A DNA stretch of 64,000 nt from Methanomassiliicoccaceae archaeon. GTDB taxonomy: Archaea; Thermoplasmatota; Thermoplasmata; Methanomassiliicoccales; Methanomassiliicoccaceae. The DNA lies in NCBI GenBank assembly GCA_963741025.1, contig CAVUGW010000027.1, forward strand, positions 3,589 through 67,588. Reading direction: 5' to 3'. Shown piece after piece: positions 41,789 to 54,391 of this stretch. The position numbers and the translations under genes are program-made. Under the pieces are notes generated by a model. The model did not search any database. It saw nothing but the letters and a program-made list of their open reading frames with translations, and was not told where the DNA came from. Every line of letters starts with the position of its first letter. The stretch's first letter is position 1.

Positions 41789-42850
41789 TCATGGATGGAG
41801 CATATACGCGTTCTTCAACAACGCAGTTTCATCGGACGTCAAGCTCGCACCGAGAGCAGCAGCCACTGCATCTTCGACGTGGAGATGCTTTTTTCGTAGC
41901 ACTCAACAATAGGCGATGTCATTGTTCTCGTTCTGCAGCAACGCACAGGCGAGTGCAATCTGCAGCCATCGGTATGCTTCGCCTGCTCGCCACCTCCATC
42001 AGTCGGCTTCGACTTACTTCTTCGGTCCATCTCGGCTGTTGGACCGTAAAGAGCTATGTAAACTGTCATTTTATCTTCGAACCAGGTGTTAGTGTTTCCC
42101 ATTCGCGCGCCAATCTCCCTGCTGCAAGCGGGGCCGAAGGAACCACTGTCGTACTCCCCTTCCTCCTTGCAGAGCGGCAGCATCTCCCTCTCCTCCTCGC
42201 GGTACATGAGATTCTGATTGATCCTGCATCGCCACAAACTTGGTCCATCCGTTTTTCTCAGCCACATGATTTGCCTTCGCAAACTGCCATGCGTACATGG
42301 AAGAAGCACCGATTAACTGGCCTTCCCAGCCTTTACAACGTCATGCAACGCCTCCATAGTTTCTTCGATCGGGGTATTGTAATCCCAGCGATGAATAAGA
42401 ATAGAGATCCACATAATCTGTACCAAGGTCTTTTAAGGCTTTTATCAATCTCATTCATGATCGCTTTTCGGGAAAGCCCGGAACCATTGCGGCCCTTAGA
42501 TGCATTCGGAAATGATACCTTTGTCGCAAGGACAATTTCGTTACGGTTTGCATAATCCTTTCAGATGCCCGTCCAAGAATTTCTTCGCTATTTCCAGGCT
42601 GAATATCCATTTGACGGTATCAAAGAAATTAATACCTAATTCAAGAGCCTTTTTAATAATAGGAAGAGCGCGCTCCTCATTGAGTGCAAAAGGAAAGAAT
42701 CCCGGAGTATAAGCTGAATCTTGATTGGGTATGGGGCTCCTTACCAAGTGCCGATGGAAATAATCCCCTATCAGGTATGCCAAAGGCCAAACAGCCAAGA
42801 CAAATCCGAGACACATCCATCCCGGTGTTTCCGAGTTTAGCATATTCCAT
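41789..42850 (-). pseudogene. Aldo/keto reductase, heavily frameshifted (at least 10 breaks)
   Basis: Reconstructed by frame-hopping: [132 protein letters not shown].. Confidence 0.7.
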
Positions 42851-43436
42851 TAAACGAGCCTCCTTGAGGTAATCGTACGATTTTTAACGGTCATGGAATT
42901 TGGAATCGGCTTGATAATATAACATTTCCAACGATCCCGGCGATTACTGTTGGTAAGCGTCGGAAAAGAATGAAAAGGGTTTGCCCAGCAAGGCACTCAA
43001 GGACGGAATGACCGTCATTGAAATCTGGAATAGATGTCTGGCTACCCTCTGATTAAAGTCCGGGCGAATTTGAATCCTGAATCAAGGCCATCATGCCCAT
43101 CTTATACGATAATGCTTCATGATAAGATGTATATTTAGAACGAGCCAGTATATGGAAAAACATCCACCATCATATCATCACAAAGAAAAGAAAGATGTAA
43201 GGTAAGCTCAAAGCATACGCTTTGTTTCTTTGAATGGGGTCGTTCCTCTTAGAGCCTTAATGTTCGTAGTGGAAGCAATTTATTGGCTCTGCCGTGAGCG
43301 GGGCTATTTCTGAGGGAGCCAGACAGTTTCGCGGCAGAAATCCGCTCTATCCACGAATTAGTTTAGAATCAACACGATCTAACCATAATTGCGCCGCCAA
43401 AAATAATCCTCATCCAGTAAAGAACGATACAAAGAT

Positions 43437-43466
43437 ATAGGTTAGATAGGTTAGATAGGTTAGATA
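43437..43466. repeat. Short tandem repeat, 9-nt unit (GTTAGATAG) x3
   Basis: ATAGGTTAGATAGGTTAGATAGGTTAGATA read directly. Confidence 0.8.
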
Positions 43467-43577
43467 AAAAGAGGGAAAGCGTTTATCGTTTTCTTCTCCA
43501 AAGCTACAAAAATCTTTCCGAAAAATTACTTTGAGTAGGGCATTTTCGAGCTTATCCGGTCATTTCGCTCATCGAAT

Positions 43578-43594
43578 TCTCTTTGGGCCCACCA
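43578..43594 (+). repeat. Direct repeat of the tRNA-Ile 3' end (putative attR)
   Basis: 17/17 identity to 28884-28900, and 4 of the next 6 upstream bases also match. Confidence 0.6.
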
Positions 43595-43908
43595 GACGCT
43601 ACTGGCTCGCCTACCAAAATTTCCTTTTGAGGAAAAATAAGGGAATTTTGATACTGGGCGAGCTTTCTCATTCCTTCGCTTTTATGATCCAGAATTCAAC
43701 ATACTCCATTAGCATCCCGTTCTGACACGGTCTTGACCTAACCTTGATCTAGTATCGAGCGTCTAGGATAGATCGATTCCGTATGACCTATTTCCAACCC
43801 CGCTGCCTTTTGCTCTACGAACTGCAACAACTGGCGGATCATCTTATTTGGGGCAACGATGTTCTATGACCCAAAACATCCGTCACCGTTCATTACCCCT
43901 CGAAAAAG

Positions 43909-46309
43909 GTGGGTTTTCCGGAGACTTATTATAATGTGATCTCTTCAGATTATGTTAGACGATCATCAAAAAAGAGACTCAGAGGTCCAATGTCAAGAAA
44001 AGAGTGGGATGTTCAGAAGGTTATAGAACTTAGGGTCGACGAACTCCCTGGACCTGTGGCCCTATTATCGTCAGAAAGGTTCCGAATAATTTATATTAGC
44101 AATGATTTTCGGACATATTTGTCCAGTGCATATAGGGACATGGACCTTGTAGGGACCAGCGTGTTCGACGTTCTCCGAGATGAAGAGAACAATCCTGTTG
44201 TCCCGATCCTAAAGCGCATCTCGAGAACTGGAAAAGGCGAGGAGATTAGGGATTTTTCGGTCACCAATCGGGACGGATATTCTTTTCTGGGTAGATTGGG
44301 TCGGCTCCCCTGTTAACAATGGTTCTGAACGATGGGATGTATTGGTCCAGCTCAAAGACATTACGGATCGTAAGTATCTGGAACAGACGCTCAAGGTCAG
44401 TGAAACGAATTTAGAGAGCAAAGTGCAGGAACGAACGGCAGAGCTTGCCGAAAGCGAGGCCAAGTTCCGTCAGATCTTCAATTCTACGAACGATGCTATT
44501 TTCATCGTTGGCCTTGATGGGCATTTCATCGAAGTGAACGACTCGGCCTGTAATAGACTCGGTTATTCTAGAGAAGAGCTCCTCAAGATCGGGCCCTCCC
44601 ATATATCGCCGCCAGAGCATGCCAAGGATGTTCCAAGAAAGATACGTGATGCTATCGAGGGCGGAGCTCTGATGTTTGAAACGATCCATATCGCAAAAGA
44701 TGGACATGAGATACCTGTCGAGATGAGCTTGAGATCAATGGACTATCGCGGGACGCCTGCCATTCTCAGCGTCGAAAGGGATATCACAGAATGTAAGGCC
44801 ATGAACAATGCATTGATCGAGACCAACCAACAGATGAGCGATCAAATGAGCCTCTTGGATGCAATATTAGAGGCGAACACGTCGGCGATCGTCCTGTTCC
44901 GCAAGGACGGTTCTGTAAACTTCGCGAACAAGCGAGCTAGGGAATTGATGGGTTTCGATCCTATTGGGAATGACCAAGACTACATTTGAATAACATAAAG
45001 ATCTTTAGGGTGGATGGGTCATCCCTTTCGCTAAATGAAATGCCATGGATACCTTCGCTGCAGCACGGAGAGGTGGTCCATGATCTTGAATTCATGATCA
45101 ACAGAGCGGACGGTAGCCTTTCTCATTTGTCATCGAGCTCGGCTCCAGTTTTTGACCCCGGATCTAACATCATAGGTGCCGTCGTCACTTTTGAGGATAT
45201 CACAATTAGAAAGAATGAACAAAAGAAGATCGAAATGGAACGGATCCTCCTAAAAGCGATCATCGATTCCCTCCCCGTTGGAGTATCGGTCGTCGACTCG
45301 AACGGTCATATGATTTTAAGAAACCAACCCATGTACAGCTACCTAGGACCGGACGCATCCTCTACAGACATCTCAGATCTGTCCCTTTTCAGCGTATTCC
45401 GTCCAGGTTCTGACATGCCGTTAAAGGCAGAAGAGATGCCTGTTGCGAGGGCATTCCTGAATGGAGAGACCGTGAGCGAGGAGGAGCTTGAAATCCAACG
45501 GGCCGACGGACGTCGGGTGGTCGTGCTGGCCCATGCAACTCCAATGAGAGACGAAAAAGATAACATCATTGGTGGTCTGGCAGTTTTCACTGATGTAAGC
45601 AAATTGAAGGTATTGGAGCGTGAGCTCAAACGTTCGAACGCCGAACTTCAACAGTTCGCCTACATCGCATCTCACGATCTAAGAGAACCGTTACGTATGG
45701 TGTCATCGTACCTCGAGCTTATAGAGAGACGCTACAAGGGAAAAGCCCTCGATTCTAAGGCGGAGGAGTACATGCACTACGCCATCGACGGCGCTGACCG
45801 CATGCGCAGGATGATCGACGACCTGCTCACATACTCGAGGGTCGACACCAAAGGAAATGAGTTCTCGAAGGTGCGGATGGAGGACGTCCTCGATACAGCG
45901 CTCAAGGACCTCAGGAAGAGGATCGAGGGGAGCTCCGCCTCCATCACCCATGACTCGCTGCCAGAGATAACCGCGGACGGTACTCAGATGATCGTGCTCA
46001 TGGAGAACCTGATAGGCAACGCGATCAAGTTCAGGGGCGAGAGACCGCCGGAGGTGCACGTCTCGGCGAACGCAACGGTCGATGGTTGGACGTTCTCTGT
46101 AGAGGACAACGGCATCGGCATCGCTCCGGAGCAGAGGGACCGCGTGTTCGTCATGTTCCAACGTTTGAAACGATCGAGAGAGCTACGAGGGAACCGGTAT
46201 CGGACTTGCGATAGCGAAAAAGATCGTCGAGAGGCATGGCGGCCGTATATGGTTCCGTTCCGATGTCGGTAAGGGTTCTACGTTCCATTTCTCCATACCC
46301 CACAGGTAG
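43909..46309 (+). CDS. Multi-PAS sensor histidine kinase (4 PAS, HisKA, HATPase_c); 3-4 frame breaks
   Basis: ORFs 43909-44316, 44342-44989 and 44986-46272 are collinear. H-box [14 protein letters not shown]. The HATPase tail [39 protein letters not shown] lies in a shifted frame, ending at 46309. Confidence 0.85.
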
Positions 46310-46801
46310 AACGAACTCGATCCATACTTTGCTGTTGCAAAATGTGGATCGCTGGATCCTTAACGTCGGAACCATCGGGCCACAAAATAATGTAATTGTT
46401 CATTTGTCGGTTGGTAATCCTTCGTGCTCTTGACAAATTTGACGATGATATCTTGAACGTGGACATCTGCGGTAATGTAGAGGGCCACATGGAAATGTCA
46501 ACCGGAGAAAAAGCTTAATTATCCATAATTATGGACAAATGAGCAATCATTAGTGAATATGTTAGACGAAATGATACATCAATCGAACTAATGCCCTGCA
46601 ATTCTATTTATACAAAAATACAGATGCTCCTTCGCCTTCACGATCAGATCTGTGAACGGACAAGGAAGCGATCTTGAACCAAAGGAACGGAGACCATTTT
46701 GATCATGGAACAGGAAAAAAGGATCGGAAGCAACATTGGTCTCACAGTTCCAGAAAGTTCTTCGATAATGAACTTGAAGATGATCGATTTTCCTATCAAG
46801 A

Positions 46802-48308
46802 AGGGGTAAAAAGTGGTCAGAACTAGGGGGAATAAAAATTACTGAAGGTATTGAACAGGTTGCGGAAGACGGAAATCTGTATAAGCGTACCATAGGTTGG
46901 AGACAAGGGCTATACATCTCAATGGGCGTTCCAGTTTTCGTTCTTCCTGACATTGGATATTTTGCAGGATTTCTATGGGGGGCCGCTATCCTTTTATGGG
47001 TGTTCTCGATCTGCCAAGGATTTCTGCAGGTTACGGCCTATGGTGAGATGGCCACCGCTTTCCCAGAGGAATCTGGACTTCCGGGATATTGTCAGAGAAT
47101 ATTTGACAATAAGAACAACCCGAGCAATCATTCGTTCGGTAAGTTCATAGGGGGGTTCAGTGCGTGGAGCTACTGGTTCGCCTGGAACTCAGCACTGGCC
47201 ATTTATGCGATCCTTATTGCTAGCACCGTCCAGGGTCTCGATCCTGCTTTGGCCGGGATGAACCTCACCCTGCTCTCACTGATCGTTGGGGCGATAACGT
47301 TCGGAGGTTTGATCATTCTCTGTTCCAGGGGCATCGGGAACGGTGCGATGCTTGGATTGCTGCTGGCAGTTCTTTCGATCGTACCACTCGTTCTTCTCTC
47401 GAATCGGACCAATGCTCACTGGTAGCTTCCATCTGTCAAACATCACAAACTCGCTGTGGCCTTCTGGATGGACGTGGAACATGGGAAGCGTTCTTATCCT
47501 GTTGGGCCTCATAGGTATCGCAGAGTGGAGCGCATGCGGGTTCGAAGGGGCGGCCATTTTCGGTCCGCAGTACAAGAACCCGAGCTCCGATGTTCCAAAG
47601 GCCATCTTTGGATCTGGCTTCGTCTGCCTCTTTTTCTATATCATTGTCCAGGCAGCTTGCCAGGGAACGCTCGGAACGGCCGGTATCCTAGCGCAGACCA
47701 TTTCTCCGTTCGTCCCGATAGCTCAGATGACCTTCGGTAGCGTGGCTGGCGACGTTCTCCTGATACTATTAGTGGCCTCTATGGTGCTTTGCATCCTGAC
47801 ATGTTACCTTGTATCCGCTGGTGCGATGCAGACCATGGCCCAGAGCGGGAATTTGCCGAGTGCCTTTGCAAAGCTGAACTCGAGGGGGGTCCCGGTCAGG
47901 GCAATGTTAGCATTAACTGTCTTCAACATGTTCCTGATCTTCATGGGAAACCCTGTGGCCATCATTTCTGCGGCCGCGTTCGGGTACATGATGGCGAACG
48001 GTATCAGCTGCTTTGCCTACTATAAATCAAAGACAGATCCCGAGATGTCAAAGTTGCCAAGGCCGTTCAAGGCGCCAAATGGCTACAAATGGGTCGCGTT
48101 CGCCGTGGGACTCCTTAACATACCGCTGACACTCATCGGTGTAGCGTATCTCAACGGCGTTACGTCCGGTTGGGTGCCTGTGATCGTGGGTGTGGGGATT
48201 CTCCTTCTGTACATTCCGATCTGGTATTATTCAAGGCTGCAGTTTGGAAGGGTCCGCGATCTAGGAAAAACCATCTCCGATGTGAAGAAAGGGGAGTCGG
48301 AGGCATAA
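46802..48308 (+). CDS. APC-superfamily amino acid permease; frame break near 47400; start uncertain
   Basis: 12-TM pattern over ORFs 46922-47425 and 47343-48308. The in-frame upstream extension ..YKRTIGWRQGLYISMG has no ATG. Confidence 0.8.
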
Positions 48309-48681
48309 ACTCTAAAAAAATTGAACTGGACGATGCTCATCCTAGGATGGAGCATCATCCTATTTTTTTCTTTTTATTCCTTATTCTTTTTCTCATTGGG
48401 AATTGGAACAGGTGGAAGACCTTCCGCCGAACGATTATCTGGTCATACCGTCCTCATCGGACCGTTCTTGCGGCTACGCTCTTTATCTCTGCTCAATATA
48501 AGATGCATGGCCTGTTTCACGGGATGTCATGTTTCCCCCATCGACCTCATCTGCGCTCACCGATCGCGTGAGAGCACGGTCTTTCATTAGGGCGTCATTC
48601 TCAATGTTTCAAATAGGTCGTTCCATCCTGCTCGTTCCCCGCTCTCGATGTATGAGGATAGGGCGGACCTAGAGGTAAAAA

Positions 48682-48999
48682 GTGAACTACCCACCCTTGC
48701 ATGCTAAGCGTCCTGCTACGGCCGGCCGGCTTTCATGACATCCGAAAATGTAAATAACTATCATCCGTCCGCGAGCTTGAGTTATGGTCGTTCCGACCAT
48801 ATGTTCAGTAACCCCCTGTGTTCAGATAGGATGGAGCTTATGGGCCTTCAACGCTTCACCATCAAATGTGAACGTTCATGAACATGAACGCCTTTGGTGG
48901 GGTGAGGGAAAGTTACCACCCGCTTGTCCCTTTTAGTTAGGTCCCCACTTGTTCGCTCTAACTCCCCAGCTTTCGCATGGAACCTTGCTCGCAATAGTT
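48682..48999 (-). repeat. Copy B of the intergenic repeat family (318 nt)
   Basis: Same 13-nt 5' motif and 11-nt 3' motif as copy A at similar spacing, with collinear internal blocks. It ends in a T5 run. Confidence 0.7.
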
Positions 49000-49141
49000 G
49001 GATCACCCGGGCCTTCCCAACCCTTTGACATGGCGAAGGGGTCATAAATGGATAAATAGGAAATTTGCCCTCATTTTACGATCCTAGTTTTCATCTTCAT
49101 TTGATCTGCGATCTTTTTCTTATTTTTGGGCTTTTCTTCCA

Positions 49142-51319
49142 TTACGGTCTCCGTATCTTCGAGATCGATCTTGAACTTTCCCGTGATCCTTGGAGGTTGA
49201 TCGCCATCTCTGAGAGCGATTGAGCACGGGCCGTCATGTCTTCCATGCTCGCAGTGAGCTCCTCGGTCGATGATGCCGATTGCTGGGATGCCGAGGCAGT
49301 TTCCTGGGCGATCGATGCTATGCCATCGACCGCTTTGGCCACCCTCTGTGTACCGTCCTTCTGGTTATCCATCGTTTTGGTGAGGCCGTTCAATTGTTCG
49401 AAAGATGTGGAAGCCATCGTCTGGATTTCCTTGAAGACCTTTCCGGTCCTATCAACGATCTGCATGCCCTCCGCCGCCGTTTTCGTACCTTTCTGCATCG
49501 ATTCGACGGCCTTGTTCGTCTCGAGCTGGACCTCTTTGATCATCTTTGCGATCCTCTCGGCCGCTTCCCTCGAGTCCTCAGCGAGGTTCTTCACCTCTTC
49601 AGCTACGACAGCGAAACCACGTCCTTGCTCTCCAGCCCTGGCAGCCTCGATCGCGGCGTTCAACGCGAGCAGGTTCGTCTGGTCCGATATCCCGGTGATC
49701 ACACCGACGATCTCACCGATCTCTTCGGACCGCTTTCCAAGATTGCCGATCACCATGGCGCTACCGTCGACCACCTTCTGTATTTCCTGCATCTTCTTTA
49801 CCGCGTCTTCTACAGCGATCATCCCGTCCCCGGTCATCTTGTAGAACGTCTTTGAGCCTTCGGTCGTGTTAGTGAAATAACCTGATAGGGTGCCGTTCGT
49901 CATAGCGATCTCGCCCATTATCTTGGCTGTCTCCTCGACTTGCGAAGCTTGTGACTGAGCTCCCTTGGAGATCTGCTGGATCGCTGCCGAAACCTGCTCG
50001 GTCGACGCGTTCATCTCCTCAGCTGAGGATGCAAGGTCCTGTGATGTCGCGGAAACGGTATCCACCGACCTATTTACCTGAACTATCAGGTCGGTAAGGT
50101 TCTCGCCGATCTTGTCCAGGGATGAAGCGAACTCGGTGAAATCGCCCTTGGTCTCGATCTCCACCCTGGCCGTCAGATCACCATTGGCGTAGGAATCGGC
50201 GATCCTCATCGCCTCGTTTATCGGTTTGACCATGGCATCGAGCGTTTCATTGACCCCTTGAACGATCCCTCTATACTCACCTTTGTGGACCTGTGCATCG
50301 GCCCTTGTAGAGAGATCACCGTTCACAGCCGCCTTGGAAAGCATTTTGACATCCTTCGTCAGGGTGCTGATCGCATCTTTTGCAATGGTGAGACTTTTAT
50401 TGATCAGGATGAAGTTCTCGCTCGCCGATCGTGTGTATGAATCTCCTTCGGCGACAGTAGTATCGAGGTCGAGGTTCCCATCAGCGAGTTTTATGAGGTT
50501 CTTTGCAAGCCTGTCCACTTCGATCCTGGTGTACATGTCGGTCTTTGCCACGGCAGTAACATCAGAGATGTATCCCTGGACCGCTATGGGGATGCCCTCG
50601 TCAGATAATATCCCCTTTCCCTGTTCCCATACCCATTTTATGTCGCCGGAACGGGTCTTTATGCGGTAAGTTGTCGTGTAGCCTGTCCTTTTCTCGACCC
50701 CACTAGTCACGGCTTGTGTTACTTTGTCCTGATCTTCCGGAACGATCAGATCGCCGTAAGCGATCTTATTATTGTTTATAAGATCGGTAACGGCGTATCC
50801 TGTTAGCTCGGGGCATCCATCGCTCACGAACTCCATGGTCCAGTTCTCATCCAATTTACATTTATACGCCATCCCTGGCAGGTTCCTAATGAGGCTTGCC
50901 AGTCGCTGGTTCTCTTTGATGAGATCATCCTGGCCGGGCTTATCGTCCGATCCTGATCGTTCCAATAACAAGATAGCTTCGGACAGTGAACCTTTCTCAT
51001 CAACGACAGGCTCGACCGACATCAAGAACGAAAGCATTCTCCCACTGGGATCTTTGAAAGCGATGCTCTTAGGGGAGGGGATGTTTCCTGTTTTCATGCC
51101 CTGGAAGATCAGGTCACCGGACCTTCCATTTTCTCCCAAGACCTCCTCTAGCTTGATATCCACAGATTTGGATCTATCCATACCCAGCTCCTTGATGCAC
51201 TTCTCATTGAACAAGATGATGTTGCATGTGCTATCGATCAACATGGAGGAGCAAGGCAAATGAGCGATCAAGATCCTTGCCTCTTTGTCTTTCAGAACAT
51301 TAACTGAACTACTTTGCAT
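49142..51319 (-). CDS. Soluble methyl-accepting chemotaxis protein (2 PAS, HAMP, MA domain)
   Basis: No TM segment. MA-domain core [34 protein letters not shown]. The ORF is intact at 725 aa. Confidence 0.85.
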   Translation of the reverse strand: MQSSSVNVLKDKEARILIAHLPCSSMLIDSTCNIILFNEKCIKELGMDRSKSVDIKLEEVLGENGRSGDLIFQGMKTGNIPSPKSIAFKDPSGRMLSFLMSVEPVVDEKGSLSEAILLLERSGSDDKPGQDDLIKENQRLASLIRNLPGMAYKCKLDENWTMEFVSDGCPELTGYAVTDLINNNKIAYGDLIVPEDQDKVTQAVTSGVEKRTGYTTTYRIKTRSGDIKWVWEQGKGILSDEGIPIAVQGYISDVTAVAKTDMYTRIEVDRLAKNLIKLADGNLDLDTTVAEGDSYTRSASENFILINKSLTIAKDAISTLTKDVKMLSKAAVNGDLSTRADAQVHKGEYRGIVQGVNETLDAMVKPINEAMRIADSYANGDLTARVEIETKGDFTEFASSLDKIGENLTDLIVQVNRSVDTVSATSQDLASSAEEMNASTEQVSAAIQQISKGAQSQASQVEETAKIMGEIAMTNGTLSGYFTNTTEGSKTFYKMTGDGMIAVEDAVKKMQEIQKVVDGSAMVIGNLGKRSEEIGEIVGVITGISDQTNLLALNAAIEAARAGEQGRGFAVVAEEVKNLAEDSREAAERIAKMIKEVQLETNKAVESMQKGTKTAAEGMQIVDRTGKVFKEIQTMASTSFEQLNGLTKTMDNQKDGTQRVAKAVDGIASIAQETASASQQSASSTEELTASMEDMTARAQSLSEMAINLQGSRESSRSISKIRRP

Positions 51320-51942
51320 ATGTTTCCCTACCTGTCCGTTCTGGAACCTGTGAACGTGCGATAGATCGAAAAATATCCTATTTAATTATTTGAGCGCGAT
51401 TATCATAATGGATTTCCACCATAGTTCCCTTACCGAAATAAAAAATAAGATCTTCATATCGAGATACTTGACCGCTCATGAGCGTCTGCCCATTTACATG
51501 GTCTGATGACATATCTTAGGAATAAATATCGGACCCATACCATTTTTCGGGAATATACTTATATAATCCATTATTCTCCCATGGAATGCGCCGCGAAGAA
51601 GAAAGTATCCCACTTAGCTATTGGGCTCATCCTCCCTAAAATGAGACCAAATTTCTTCAGGCGCATTTTCCTTTCATCATTCTAAGATGGATCTATAGAT
51701 GGAAACGATCATGCTGGACCATCATGATCTCATACAATTGTTCAGGTCCATTTGACGACCTTCTCATTCCTTCCATCTTAATGGACCGTGAGATCGCTAT
51801 GCGAGATCTCATATCCGGATCGCCAGAGGCTGGATCTTCCTAACGCGATATATAGCGCAGCACGATCCGTTGTCGAAATGGCACGACATTTATGGTCCGA
51901 TGAACGTAACACAGATATATTCTGGGAACAATATATGATTTC

Positions 51943-52389
51943 ATGGATCTGTTCAATAAGATACTAGTCCCTACCGATGGAAGTGACTATGCGGATGCTG
52001 CGGCAAAGAAGGCCCTGGATGTCGCCAAGCTTCTCAATGCCGAGGTCACGATATTGAGCATTGTAGATGTCGGCTCCATGGCCTATGCGGTAGAGGCTGG
52101 AAAGAACGCGCTAGAGTTCAAATATAATGAAAAGGCAGCCGATGCCGCTGTGCAAAAGATCGCGAGGGTCGGAAAGGATATGGGCCTACAGGTGAAGACA
52201 TTGATCAGGCAAGGATCGCCGGCCAATGAGATCATTGAAGAATCTAAGAACCATGATCTTATTGTGATGGGGTCGCTCGGCCGAACTGGACTATCGCATC
52301 TAATAATGGGAAGCGTGGCGGAGAAAGTGGTTCGTTTCGCATCTTGTCCGGTCCTAGTGGTCAGGAAGAAGATCGCAATGAAAGAGTAA
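51943..52389 (+). CDS. Universal stress protein (UspA family)
   Basis: [15 protein letters not shown].. and C-terminal [31 protein letters not shown]. Confidence 0.85.
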   Translation: MDLFNKILVPTDGSDYADAAAKKALDVAKLLNAEVTILSIVDVGSMAYAVEAGKNALEFKYNEKAADAAVQKIARVGKDMGLQVKTLIRQGSPANEIIEESKNHDLIVMGSLGRTGLSHLIMGSVAEKVVRFASCPVLVVRKKIAMKE

Positions 52390-52537
52390 GAACGGATCTT
52401 TGAACAAAATGCTCGACCTGATGTCGTTCACATTCCTTCTTTTTCATTATTTTTTAGGATCCCCGCTCCCGGACGCAAATGGTACCCCAAGCTTGTTCAC
52501 CTGAATAAGTGAAGGGTCTGATCAATTCCCCTGATGC

Positions 52538-53998
52538 TCATTTGTTCGATGGAGCATCAGAGTTCGATGTTCTATCCTCCTTTCCCCTGAGGATCGATAG
52601 TATCAAGGCAACGATGAGCAATAGAACCGAAACGATGAAAGCTGTATGGATCCCGTCAACGAATGCGCTTGCCGCCGAAGCCTGAACCCCACCGACCCCC
52701 AAGAATATCTGGAAGGCAACATCACGCGAGATGGATATCGATGCGAAGAACAGAGCCACCGCAAAGCTGCAGACCTTCCAATGTTGGACATCGTACGGAG
52801 AAGACCGGAACTAATTCCATATGAACGCGGCGGGGAATTGGCCATCACAGCGCTTATGTTCGCTGGTTGGAACGTACTGGCCCCGGACCCGTTCAGCACT
52901 GACCCGACCACTATCAAATATAGTGACGAATCAAGCTAAAGGGTCGAGAACACAAGGATCCCCATGATCTGCAGTGCCAGGCCGACCGAGGCGATGATCC
53001 TCGCACCATGACGGTCTGACGATCTCCCCGAGAATGGAGCGACGAGGCCACCCAAGACATAACCCGGAATTTGTAACAAGGATGCGTTCTAGGGCGTCAT
53101 TCCCCTTGGACCTTGAAGATACATGATAACAAGAAAGATGACGGAAAAGTTTGCCTATGCCTGGAAGAACGATGCGAAAGAAGATGCGGCGAATATTCTA
53201 TCATGGAAAAGTGAAAGGTCGAGGAACGGTTCCGAGGTTAGACGTTCCCAAATGATGAACCCTGCCAAAGCGATGATCCCCAGGAGCAGTTCGATTGAGT
53301 ATTCCGTCATCGATCCTGAACCGGTTATGCTCGTGATCGAGTAGAGCAAAAGGAAAAGACTGGAACCCAACAGACAGATACCCACCGATGTCCAACTTTT
53401 CCTTTTTTCTAGGTGAGCGGTCCTGGAAGAGATAATAACCAGCGATGGTGGCTACGATGCCGATGGGCAGATCGATGAAGAAAATGTACCTCCAACTAAG
53501 GAATGTAACGAACGCTCCTCCTACCAATATGCCAAGAATAGCTCCTATTGAAAATCCCATGCCAGTAATACCGAAGGCCTTTCCCCTCTCTTTCTGAGGA
53601 AATGTATCCGCTACGATGGCCCCACTGTTCGATGATATCAACGCTCCCCCTACCCCTTGGAGCACACGAAAACCGATGAACATCGACCCGTTGGTCGCTA
53701 TGCCGCAAAGTAAAGAACCGAACGTGAACACACCGAACCCAATGTTGTACATCCGTACCCGCCCGAACATATCCCCGAGCCTTCCGACCTGGGTACCCAG
53801 GATGGCGATCACGAGTAGATAGGCAAGTAAAACCCAAACCATCGTTATTATGTTCGAATTCAGATCGACGATAATGACAGGCAGAGCTAGTACAACGGCC
53901 GTAGTGTCCACGGCGCTCATCATGACCCCCATCATGACGATAGTTATCGCGATCCTACGATACCTCATCTCCTTCTGGTCCAAGGTGCTCTGGGTCAT
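52538..53998 (-). pseudogene. MFS transporter (DHA2/EmrB-like), at least 4 frame breaks
   Basis: ORF 53201-53998 carries TM1-6 (MSAVDTTAVVLALP..GRLGDMFGRVR). Later TMs are scattered over 53155-53385, 52603-52917 and 52538-52759 in other frames. Confidence 0.7.
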
Positions 53999-54391
53999 TT
54001 ACCATCGTGCGAGCGAGAGGTCCCCTAGCTTTCGCAGGTGGATGAGAGCGTTCACTTTGTGAAATGCATCAAATGGGATCATGGATGACCAGATAGACCG
54101 CAGATCATTACTTACCTTTCGTTTCCCCTTTCTCTCTTTGTCTTGTTCACGGTCGCCGCAGCGATCCGTTCTGCAGTACCTTCAGATCAACCCCCCTTCC
54201 CTTTGTACCCCATGGTATGTTCCTATTGGCGTTCCCTTCGCTCGCTCGAAGCTCTTGAGATGTTCTCACCATCGGAATTTGGAAGGTCCTGATCATATAA
54301 AATCAAGGGTCCCGGATCTAAGATGGCAAATGGAACGATCGATCGCGATCATATATTAGATCGGGACGATGACCTTTGATCATAGGTCATA

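Larger units (their letters stand above)
28884..43594. mobile_element. Composite integrated element / genomic island in tRNA-Ile, bounded by a 17-nt direct repeat
   Basis: TCTCTTTGGGCCCACCA occurs at 28884-28900 (tRNA 3' end) and again at 43578-43594. An integrase lies directly inside the left end. Composition differs from the flanks. Confidence 0.6.

Noticed and set aside
41791-42555. 254-aa plus-strand ORF in the island tail
   Set aside because: It is the antisense shadow of the aldo/keto reductase pseudogene. The AKR reading on the minus strand explains the region, and the plus-strand product is low-complexity Ser/Arg/Leu-rich.
43437-43466. GGTTAGATA-type tandem repeat as a CRISPR array or telomere-like repeat
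   Set aside because: There are only three directly abutting 9-nt units with no spacers, and no cas genes. It is an ordinary microsatellite in a decayed AT-rich region.
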